A stretch of 39,108 bases of DNA from an uncultured Rhodospirillaceae bacterium (GTDB taxonomy: Bacteria > Pseudomonadota > Alphaproteobacteria > RF32 > CAG-239). Positions 18,054 to 26,073 of this stretch are shown piece by piece (position 1 is the first letter of the stretch; the number at the start of each line of letters is the position of its first letter). The position numbers were made by a program, and so were the translations under genes. The notes beneath the pieces are model-generated. The model was not told the origin of the DNA, did not search any database, and saw nothing but the letters and a program-made list of their open reading frames with translations. The DNA lies in assembly GCA_900318605.1 (NCBI GenBank), contig ONLJ01000011.1:1-39108 (forward strand), in the 5' to 3' direction.

Positions 18054-20525
18054 TTAATCGCGGGTTTTCCTGCACAGATTTATCAATCTCGGCAACAAAG
18101 TTTTCTTATCACGAATAACAATGACTTTAACGTCTTCTCCGAGTGAACTTCTGTAAGACTGAATCTTTTGATCACGGCTTTCGGAAATAGTTCTTTCGAT
18201 ATCTTCATTTGAAGCCTCGGCATCAACCGACAACTCGCACTTCTTTTTACCGTTAACGGTTAACGGAATAGCGATTTCGTTAGTTCTGAAGTCAATTAAA
18301 GAGCTTTCGATTTCCGGCCACTTATCGGTAAATATCGAACGTTTTTGCGCAAAGCATTCTCTCCATAACGTATCAGCCGTATGCGGTGTGAATACCCCGA
18401 TAACCTTAAGAAATTCTTTCATTGCCAAACGCTGTACTTTTCCCGATTCGCTGTCTTCATTGATTTTATCTCTGTTTTTAGCGAGTACGTTCGCAAATTT
18501 ATATATTTTAGCAATCGCCACGTGAAAAGATTGATTGTCCTCTATTTCGCGACGCACATCTTTGGCTGTGTGATGAAGTTCCGCCAAAAGGAACTTATCT
18601 TTCTGACTTAAGTTTTCGGCAACAATCGATTCATCTTCACGCGGTTTAACGGTTCTGTACATACCAACCAACGAACCCAAAAATTTCTTTTTGGCCTGCA
18701 ATCCCGTTTCACTCCATTCCGTATCCAACTGGAACGGCTTATCCGACAACAAATATAAACGCAAAGCATCGGCACCGTATTTTTCAATCATTTCATCAGG
18801 ACGAACAACATTTCCCAAAGACTTTGACATCTTATGTCCGCCCAGTTTGACAATACCGTTATCCAAAAAGTTCTTAACCGGCTCTTTAACCGGAGTCAAA
18901 CCGAGTTTATAAAGAAAATGAGACATAAAACGCAGATAAATCATATGCTGATTGGCATGTTCCAAACCGCCGACATAATAATCAATCGGCATCCATTTTT
19001 TTGCTTTTTGCGGGTTCCAAGGTTGTTCATCATTATGCGGATCCAAAAAACGCCATACATACCACGCCGAACACATAAAGGTATCCAACGTATCCGTTTC
19101 TCGTGTACATATTTCTCCGGTTTGCGGATTTTTATAATTCAAAAATGACTCGTCAACGGTCAGCGGCGATCTACCTTTAGCCAACTCAAAATTCATCTCT
19201 TTCGGCAGTCTTACCGGCAACTCATCTTCTTGAACCGGCTTAAAGTTGCCGCTGCTATCCTTTACAAACGGAATCGGACATCCCCAAAAACGCTGTCTTG
19301 AAATCGACCAATCTTTAAGCTTGTACCTTATTTTTCGCTCGCCGATATTTTTCTTTTCCATATAATCCGAGATAAACTCTCTTGCCTGATTACTTGTTTT
19401 TCCGTTCAATAGCCAACTGTGAATCATCTTATCTTCACCATCAACCAACTTAGGCAAATAATCCAAATTCCGCTTTTGCGCAAATGCGGCATCTTTTTCA
19501 TTTATTGCCGGAATACACGCAACGATTCCCGTACCTTCCGTCGGCATAATATGATCGGATACAAAGACCGGGATCTGTTTTCTGGTCAACGGGTGGATAA
19601 CATAACTTCCGGTAAAGACAGATGATAAATCCGCTTGAGAAACCCTTTCGGTCGAACTTTTCAACAAAGCTTTTTTGATATATTCATCCATTGCATCTTT
19701 TTGAGACGGCACCGTTAATAAATCTGCCAAATCATGTTCCGGAGCAACATAAAGTGCGGAAATACCGAAAACAAATTCCGGATTTTGAATAAAGGTTGTC
19801 ATGTTGAACTTTTGCTCATCATCGGAAAAATGCAAATCGACTCCTTCCATTCTCCCAATCCAGTTACGTTGCATTGCTATAGCCTGAGAAGACCAATTAA
19901 GTTCATCCAATCCGTTCCACAAATCTTCGGCATAATCGGTAATTCTGACAAACCACTGTTCCATTTTTTTTCTTTGAATGGGAGCACCGCTTCTCCAACC
20001 TTTTCCGTCAATAACCTGCTCATTGGCCAAAACAGTTTTATCGACCGGATCCCAATTTACCCACTCATCGGCCCGATATAAAAGATTATTTTCGTAAAGC
20101 TTCAAAATCAGCCACTGTGTCCATTTATAATACTCCGGAGAAGCCGTAACGATTTCTCTGTCCAAATCAAAGGAAAAACCCATCGGTCCGATTTGTTCGT
20201 CTCGCATTTTTTCAATATTTTTTTGAGTCCATTTTTCCGGATGAACATTATTCTTAATTGCGGCATTTTCGGCAGGTAGTCCGAAAGCATCCCAACCGAT
20301 GGGATGTAAAACATCTTTTCCCATAAAACGTTCCAAACGCGCCAACGTATCGGAAATTGAATACACCAGTGCGTGTCCCATGTGCGCATTTCCAGAAGGA
20401 TATGGAAACATACCGAGAATATATGATTTTTGTCCCGATGTTTCACGAGTCGTATCGACTCCTTCTTCTTTCCATTTTCTTTGAATTTCTTCTTCTTGCT
20501 GCCTTATATTCATAGCTTCAGCCAT
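18054..20525 (-). CDS. leuS: Leucyl-tRNA synthetase (bacterial type, atypical/reduced)
   Basis: 823 aa with MFPYPSGNAHMGH (HIGH), GWDAFGLPAENAAIKNN, VLANEQVIDG, RDW-type [42 protein letters not shown] (KMSKS) and YGADALRLYLL. Confidence 0.93.
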   Translation of the reverse strand: MAEAMNIRQQEEEIQRKWKEEGVDTTRETSGQKSYILGMFPYPSGNAHMGHALVYSISDTLARLERFMGKDVLHPIGWDAFGLPAENAAIKNNVHPEKWTQKNIEKMRDEQIGPMGFSFDLDREIVTASPEYYKWTQWLILKLYENNLLYRADEWVNWDPVDKTVLANEQVIDGKGWRSGAPIQRKKMEQWFVRITDYAEDLWNGLDELNWSSQAIAMQRNWIGRMEGVDLHFSDDEQKFNMTTFIQNPEFVFGISALYVAPEHDLADLLTVPSQKDAMDEYIKKALLKSSTERVSQADLSSVFTGSYVIHPLTRKQIPVFVSDHIMPTEGTGIVACIPAINEKDAAFAQKRNLDYLPKLVDGEDKMIHSWLLNGKTSNQAREFISDYMEKKNIGERKIRYKLKDWSISRQRFWGCPIPFVKDSSGNFKPVQEDELPVRLPKEMNFELAKGRSPLTVDESFLNYKNPQTGEICTRETDTLDTFMCSAWYVWRFLDPHNDEQPWNPQKAKKWMPIDYYVGGLEHANQHMIYLRFMSHFLYKLGLTPVKEPVKNFLDNGIVKLGGHKMSKSLGNVVRPDEMIEKYGADALRLYLLSDKPFQLDTEWSETGLQAKKKFLGSLVGMYRTVKPREDESIVAENLSQKDKFLLAELHHTAKDVRREIEDNQSFHVAIAKIYKFANVLAKNRDKINEDSESGKVQRLAMKEFLKVIGVFTPHTADTLWRECFAQKRSIFTDKWPEIESSLIDFRTNEIAIPLTVNGKKKCELSVDAEASNEDIERTISESRDQKIQSYRSSLGEDVKVIVIRDKKTLLPRLINLCRKTRD

Positions 20526-20643
20526 TTATTTATTCTCCGCTTACCAGAATTTTTTAGACATATTAGCAGAAAGAATAAAATAAATCAACTAAAAAAAACA
20601 TTTTTGGCAAAAATATTTTATCTGATAAACTATGACTTTTTGA

Positions 20644-21336
20644 TTATTTTCTTAAACCGAAAATCTCAAATTCAGCTTTCAAATATTTTTCGATTTCAAC
20701 GTTAAAAAATTTCTCGCAATCCGAGTCGGTTGTTGTTTTATCACTTTCAATCGGACGATATTTTTGAATATAATATTCTTTCACACCGAGCAAATTCAGG
20801 GTATCGGCAATTTGATAAATATCATCAGGAGTTAAAATGCGCGGGTCGCAAGTGGTTCGACACTCAAAATTTATACCGCTATTGATGAGCAAGTCCAAAC
20901 TCTCTTTAACTTTTTCAACATCAGCAATTCCGCCGGTTGCCGTTTTATAGCGCTCTGCTTCAAACGGAGCTTTAATATCAAAACCAACCCACGACAGATG
21001 TGGTAAAACTTTTGCTAAAGCCTCCGGATTATAACCGCCCGTGTGCATACCGATTTCAAAGCCCATATCTTTGACGATGTTCATTGCTTGCGGAAGATTT
21101 TTCTGCATTAACGGCTCACCACCGGAAAACACTACCCCATCCAAAATACCTTTGCGATGTTCCAACAGATGAACGAGATTTTCCCAAGTGGCATCACTTT
21201 CGCCATTTATGTTTTGCAACGACTGATTATAACAAAACGGACAGCGCCACGGGCAGCCTTGCATAAACACCACCGCCGCAATTTTACCCGGCCAATCGAC
21301 AATACTGAACTTTTCGATATCCCCGATTTTTATCAT
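20644..21336 (-). CDS. nrdG: Anaerobic ribonucleoside-triphosphate reductase activating protein (radical SAM)
   Basis: Start moved to ATG 21336 (MIKIGDIEKFS...), preceded by GGAGGA. VDWPGKIAAVVFMQGCPWRCPFCYN (CxxxCxxC cluster), then GVVFSGGEPL. Located downstream of nrdD. Confidence 0.85.
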   Translation of the reverse strand: MIKIGDIEKFSIVDWPGKIAAVVFMQGCPWRCPFCYNQSLQNINGESDATWENLVHLLEHRKGILDGVVFSGGEPLMQKNLPQAMNIVKDMGFEIGMHTGGYNPEALAKVLPHLSWVGFDIKAPFEAERYKTATGGIADVEKVKESLDLLINSGINFECRTTCDPRILTPDDIYQIADTLNLLGVKEYYIQKYRPIESDKTTTDSDCEKFFNVEIEKYLKAEFEIFGLRK

Positions 21337-21411
21337 ACAATCCTCCTTTTTTTCGATAAATAAAGGGAGAAACACTTATGCCTTCTCCCTTTATTTTACA
21401 AAGTTTTCGGA

Positions 21412-21627
21412 TTATTCAGCAGCAGCCAAAGTGCAACCGCAATCTTCGTCTAAATACATAACGGCTTTTTCCTCGCAGAAACACTTACGAGAGTAATATT
21501 CCGATTTTTTACCCTTGTTGAATTCGGAAACCGGACGATGATAGCCCATAACTCTGGTCCAAATCTCGCAAGGTTGTCTTTCAGCGTCGGTTAATTTTAC
21601 TTCGTTAATGTCAATAGTGTTGTTCAT
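21412..21627 (-). CDS. Stand-alone glycyl-radical domain subunit of class III RNR (NrdD C-terminal domain as a separate 71-aa protein)
   Basis: ERQPCEIWTRVMGYHRPVSEFNKGKKSEYYSRK matches the NrdD C-terminal R-x-x-G-Y-x-R-P-V-x-x-(W/F)-N-x-G-K-x-x-E glycyl-radical motif. Own RBS (AGAGGAA) and ATG, 57 nt after the nrdD stop. Confidence 0.75.
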   Translation of the reverse strand: MNNTIDINEVKLTDAERQPCEIWTRVMGYHRPVSEFNKGKKSEYYSRKCFCEEKAVMYLDEDCGCTLAAAE

Positions 21628-21684
21628 TTTTTATTCCTCTAAATTTTAAGTTAATACCAAATTGTTCTTTTTTTTATGTAGCTT

Positions 21685-23784
21685 TTAAGCAACATTACTT
21701 GCTTTCAGCTTTTTGATTTTTTCAGCCTTTTTCTCTTCATCGCAAAGCGGGCAGAATTTGTGTTCGCCGGCTAAATAACCGTGCTTCGGACAAATAGAGA
21801 AAGTAGGAGTAATAGTAATGTAAGGCAGGCGATAGTTGGTCAGAACTTTTCTGATCAGTTCACCGCAAACCTTGGCCGACGAAATACGTTGGCTCATATA
21901 AAGGTGCAAAACCGTACCGCCTGTGTATTTTGACTGCAAGGTAGATTGCAATTCCAAAGCCTCAAACGGATCATCGGTGTAGCCCACCGGCAGTTGCGAA
22001 GAGTTTGTATAATACGGATCTTCTGCCGTACCGGCCTGAATAATTCCTGGGAAGCGCTTTTTATCCTCACGAGCAAAGCGATAAGTTGCACTCTCGGCCG
22101 GAGTAGCTTCCAAATTGTACATATGCTTGGTTTCTTCCTGAATTTTGATAAGTGCGGCACGAATATAATCTAAGAATTTTTCGGCAAACGCCTTACCCCA
22201 TTCATCGGCAACACTGTGCTCGCCGTCGGTAAAGTTCAAAATCATCTCATTGATACCGTTCACACCGATAGTCGAGAAGTGATTGCGCAATGTTCCGAGA
22301 TAACGTTTTGTATAAGGATACAACCCGTTATCAATCAGGCGCTGAATTGTTTTACGCTTAATTTCAAGAGAAGTACGAGCAATATTCAAGAGTTCGTCAA
22401 CACGACCGAATAAACCGGTTTCGTTTCCTTTATAAACATATCCCAAACGAGCGCAGTTGAATGTTACCACACCGATAGAACCGGTCTGCTCAGCCGAACC
22501 GAACAACCCGTTACCTTTAGCGAGTAATTCACGCAAATCAAGTTGCAAACGGCAGCACATTGAGCGAATTTGTCCCGGTTTCAAAACGGAATTGATAAAG
22601 TTTTGGAAATAAGGCATACCATATTTTGCCGTCATCTCAAACAAGAGTTGCGACTTCGGATCATCCCACGGAAAATCCGGCGTCATATTATATGTCGGAA
22701 TCGGGAAAGTAAACGGACGATCCATAACATCGCCTTCCATCATAACTTCAATATAGGCGCGGTTAATCATATCCATTTCTTTTTGCAAATCGCCATAAGT
22801 AAACGGCATTTCTTCCTGACCTTCGATAATCGGCATAAAATTCTCATCATGACCGGCAATATGACCGCCGATATAAGGGTGCTGATTGCGCAAATCTTCC
22901 GGACATACCCAGTCAAACGTAAAGTTTGTGAACGGAGTTTGCGAACCCCAGCGAGATGGCACATTCAAGTTGTAAATCAGCTCTTGCATGCACTGTTTAA
23001 CTTCATCATAAGATAGATTATCTTTTCTGATATAAGGAGCCAAATATGTATCAACCGAAGAAAAAGCTTGCGCTCCGGCCCACTCGTTCTGCAGTGTTCC
23101 CATAAAGTTTACCATTTGACCGGTAGCAGCAGAAAGATGCTTCGGCGGGTTGGCTTCAGCTTTTCCACGTACTCCGTTAAAACCTTCTTTCAATAAGTTT
23201 TTCAACGACCAACCGGCACAATAAGCCGCCAACATATCCAAATCATGAATATGAATATCGCCATTACGGTGAGCTTCGCCGACCTCAGCCGGATAAACAT
23301 GGCTCAGCCAATAGTTAGCTGTAACTTTACCGGAAACATTCAAAATCAAACCGCCGTTGGAATAGCCCTGATTTGCATTGGCATTAACACGCCAGTCAAG
23401 CTTTTCGAGATATTCGTTAATAGAGCTTTCCACATCAACCATAACTTTTTGATCACCACGCATACGATTGCGTTGATCACGGTATAAAATATAGGCTTTC
23501 GAGGTAGCAAAATAGTTTGCGGAAATCAAAACCTGCTCAACAATATCCTGAATTTGCTCAATAGACGGCAACACATCCGTAAATTTGTGGTTGATAACTT
23601 TCATTACCTGTGCGGTCAAAAGCCACGCATCGGACTCACCGAACTCGCCTGTACTGGTACCGGCTTTCAAAATTGCATTATAAATTTTCGACTCGTCAAA
23701 CGGTGCCAACGTACCATCACGTTTTGTAACATTCTTTATATCGGTTTTTATTTTGTTGAACGTAGGATTTTGCTCCTCAGCCAT
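21685..23784 (-). CDS. nrdD: Anaerobic ribonucleoside-triphosphate reductase, large (catalytic) polypeptide lacking the glycyl-radical tail
   Basis: 699 aa with an N-terminal ATP-cone (VTKRDGTLAPFDESKIYNAILKA). Core motifs HIHDLD, GWSLKNLL, MCCRLQLDLREL and LEATPAES. C-terminal zinc-ribbon-like CPKHGYLAGEHKFCPLCDEE, then a stop before any RxxGY motif. Confidence 0.93.
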   Translation of the reverse strand: MAEEQNPTFNKIKTDIKNVTKRDGTLAPFDESKIYNAILKAGTSTGEFGESDAWLLTAQVMKVINHKFTDVLPSIEQIQDIVEQVLISANYFATSKAYILYRDQRNRMRGDQKVMVDVESSINEYLEKLDWRVNANANQGYSNGGLILNVSGKVTANYWLSHVYPAEVGEAHRNGDIHIHDLDMLAAYCAGWSLKNLLKEGFNGVRGKAEANPPKHLSAATGQMVNFMGTLQNEWAGAQAFSSVDTYLAPYIRKDNLSYDEVKQCMQELIYNLNVPSRWGSQTPFTNFTFDWVCPEDLRNQHPYIGGHIAGHDENFMPIIEGQEEMPFTYGDLQKEMDMINRAYIEVMMEGDVMDRPFTFPIPTYNMTPDFPWDDPKSQLLFEMTAKYGMPYFQNFINSVLKPGQIRSMCCRLQLDLRELLAKGNGLFGSAEQTGSIGVVTFNCARLGYVYKGNETGLFGRVDELLNIARTSLEIKRKTIQRLIDNGLYPYTKRYLGTLRNHFSTIGVNGINEMILNFTDGEHSVADEWGKAFAEKFLDYIRAALIKIQEETKHMYNLEATPAESATYRFAREDKKRFPGIIQAGTAEDPYYTNSSQLPVGYTDDPFEALELQSTLQSKYTGGTVLHLYMSQRISSAKVCGELIRKVLTNYRLPYITITPTFSICPKHGYLAGEHKFCPLCDEEKKAEKIKKLKASNVA

Positions 23785-23831
23785 TTTATTTTATCTCCTT
23801 AAAATTAGCGGTTACTGTTTATCATCATCTC

Positions 23832-23877
23832 ATACAACATATAGATGAATAAAAAGTTAAACAACTATATATTGTGG
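23832..23877. promoter_or_regulatory. Pair of NrdR-box-like palindromes upstream of nrdD
   Basis: ATACAACATATAGATG (23832-23847; reverse complement CATCTATATGTTGTAT) and CAACTATATATTGTGG (23862-23877). By my alignment each matches about 13 of 16 positions of the NrdR consensus acaCwAtATaTwGtgt. Centres are 30 bp apart, 48-93 nt upstream of the nrdD ATG. Confidence 0.6.
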
Positions 23878-24401
23878 TTATACTCAACTTTTTTCTGTAA
23901 TGATAAATTGAATAATCATTGAAGTCATTTAAGCTGATTAGCCGAAAATATTACAAGCTTAATTTTTGCACTTTTTCATTAAAACGACCTTAAGTACTTA
24001 TTTTTAATAGATAAAAAATTTATCCCCTTAAATAAGTTCGGTGGATAAATATGTTAATTGTTAATTTTTCCTTACCTGATATTTCTTACGCACGAAAAAA
24101 CAGTTGATTACGGCTAATATTTTGATTGTACTTAAATAAACTTACACCAAAAAGATGAAAAATATCTCAGCTATATTAAAAAGACCGAAAATCATCTTTT
24201 TTTTCTTAAATTTGCGATTCTTATATAAGAAATAGATTAAATGAAAAAAAATTATTTTATAAACCATTACATCATAAACAGAAAAACATAGTCATATCAA
24301 AGAGTTTATACGCATTCTGACAACATTACAAAAACGAATCGCCGATAATCAAATTACTTCATTATCGACGATAAAACTAAAAGATGTATTGGATAAAAAA
24401 A

Positions 24402-25451
24402 TTATCCGAAATAATCAATTCCCATGGCTTTTTTAACTTCGTGAAGTGTGTTTGCGGCAACCTCGCGAGCATTTTCGCTTCCCTTTTTAAGCATTTCAAA
24501 AATCGCCGGAACATCGCCTTGCAGTGCCTCGCGTTTTTCTCTTATCGGACGGAGTTCCGCCTGCAAAATTTCGTTCAAAAACTTCTTAACTTTGCTGTCG
24601 CCCAGTCCGCCGCGTTGATAATGTGCTTTTAATTCGCCAAGATTATCATACTCCGGCCAAAATTCCTTAAAATGCTCATCACGGCAGAAAGCATCAAGAT
24701 AAATAAACACCGGATTATTTTCGGTATGTCCGGGATCCTCAACTCTTAAGTGTGTCGGATCGGTAAACATGCTTTGAATTTTCTTTTTAATTTCATCGGC
24801 CGAATCCGAAAGATAAATGCAGTTACCGAGCGATTTACTCATTTTATTGGCGCCGTCAAGCCCCGGAAGTCTGGAACATGTTTCGTTTTCGGGCAACACC
24901 GCTTTCGGCTCGACCAAAACCGGCGCATATATCTGATTAAACGAACGAACGATTTCCCGTGTTTGTTCAATCATCGGCAGTTGATCCTCACCGACCGGCA
25001 CGATATTGGCCTTAAAAGCAGTAATATCGGCAGCCTGACTGATCGGATAAGTAAAGAAACCGACCGGAATACTTTGCTTAAAACCACGCATTTGTATTTC
25101 GTTTTTAACCGTCGGATTACGCTGAAGGCGCGAAACCGTAACCAGATTCATATAATAAAAAGAAAGTTCGCATAACTGAGGAATCTGCGATTGAACAAAA
25201 ATCGTCGATTTTTCCGGATTTAACCCGCAAGCCAAATAATCAAGCGCCACTTCGGAAATATTGGAACGCACTTTATTTATATTATCGGCATTGTCGGTTA
25301 AAGCCTGCGCATCGGCAATCATAATATAAATTTTCTTATACTTACCGGAATTTTGCAACTCGACTCGGCGTTTCAGCGAGCCGACATAATGACCTAAATG
25401 CAAGCGTCCCGTAGGTCTGTCGCCGGTTAAAATGATATCACTGTTCATCAC
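24402..25451 (-). CDS. trpS: Tryptophanyl-tRNA synthetase
   Basis: 349 aa with [20 protein letters not shown] (HIGH-type), [26 protein letters not shown] and KMSKSLGN. Confidence 0.92.
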   Translation of the reverse strand: MMNSDIILTGDRPTGRLHLGHYVGSLKRRVELQNSGKYKKIYIMIADAQALTDNADNINKVRSNISEVALDYLACGLNPEKSTIFVQSQIPQLCELSFYYMNLVTVSRLQRNPTVKNEIQMRGFKQSIPVGFFTYPISQAADITAFKANIVPVGEDQLPMIEQTREIVRSFNQIYAPVLVEPKAVLPENETCSRLPGLDGANKMSKSLGNCIYLSDSADEIKKKIQSMFTDPTHLRVEDPGHTENNPVFIYLDAFCRDEHFKEFWPEYDNLGELKAHYQRGGLGDSKVKKFLNEILQAELRPIREKREALQGDVPAIFEMLKKGSENAREVAANTLHEVKKAMGIDYFG

Positions 25452-25601
25452 AAATCCTTATAAATTTTTTTTAATGTGATAAAGCAATAGCGAATCTTTG
25501 TCAAGGCGTTTCAGATACAATCAAAAAAATAATAATATTTTTTCATACTCTTAACCACCTGATTCAAAATGATATTTCAAAATTGTGTGCATAAAAATAA
25601 A

Positions 25602-25648
25602 ATACTATATCTTGTTTGTTTACTATTTGTTAACCCTATATGTAGTAT
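25602..25648. promoter_or_regulatory. Pair of NrdR-box-like palindromes upstream of the second glycyl-radical mini-gene
   Basis: ATACTATATCTTGTTT (25602-25617) and ACCCTATATGTAGTAT (25633-25648), each about 13 of 16 positions against the NrdR consensus. Centres are 31 bp apart, 47-93 nt upstream of ATG 25695. The geometry matches that seen at nrdD. Confidence 0.6.
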
Positions 25649-25694
25649 TTTCAACCTCACAACATCAACAACATTTTTTTAGGAGAACATTAAC

Positions 25695-25904
25695 ATGACA
25701 GTTATCAATTTCAACGAAGTAGCTTTAACTGATGCCGAAAGACAACCTTGCGAAGTTTGGACCAGAGTTATGGGATATCATCGTCCGGTTTCCGAATTTA
25801 ACCGCGGCAAAAAGTCGGAATATTATTCCCGCAAATGCTTTGTTGAATCGAAAGCTGTCGCACACATCAACGAACAAGAAACATGCGCTTGCGCTGCTGA
25901 ATAA
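25695..25904 (+). CDS. Second stand-alone NrdD-type glycyl-radical domain protein (69 aa, paralogue of 21412-21627)
   Basis: MTVINFNEVALTDAERQPCEVWTRVMGYHRPVSEFNRGKKSEYYSRKCF is nearly identical over the core to the 71-aa ORF next to nrdD. RBS AGGAGA at 25681-25686. Own terminator downstream. Confidence 0.75.
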   Translation: MTVINFNEVALTDAERQPCEVWTRVMGYHRPVSEFNRGKKSEYYSRKCFVESKAVAHINEQETCACAAE

Positions 25905-25979
25905 AATGTCCCGATGGCAAATGCCCGTGTTGATTTAGGCTTAAAATAACGAATACAAATTATCAAACTACTTAAGTAT

Positions 25980-26013
25980 CTTCCGATTTTTCAGCGAATC
26001 GGAAGATTTTTTT
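25980..26013 (+). terminator. Rho-independent terminator after the 69-aa gene
   Basis: CTTCCGATT-tttcagcg-AATCGGAAG followed by a T-run (26007-26013). Confidence 0.75.
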
Positions 26014-26073
26014 ATACAATATTTGCATTTTGAAAATCCGCGACCTATATACTTTAGTATAAGGAGATAAAAA

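Noticed and set aside
20526-20643. Looked for a T-box leader or attenuator upstream of leuS, and for a terminator after nrdG.
   Set aside because: I found only a 5-bp palindrome (TTATC-t-GATAA) and no specifier or antiterminator-like structure. The region is too short (118 nt) for a T-box.
21628-21684. Explaining the nrdD / 71-aa ORF split as a pseudogene or a sequencing frameshift.
   Set aside because: The junction has a clean stop, a 57-nt spacer, an RBS and a new ATG with about 25 extra residues. An independent paralogue elsewhere has the same stand-alone architecture.
26022-26053. Possible heat-shock (RpoH-type) promoter for clpB: TTTGCA, 16 nt, CCTATATA.
   Set aside because: This is only a loose match in AT-rich DNA. 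A sigma-70 reading (TTGCAT / TATACT) is equally possible. It is not supportable without TSS data.
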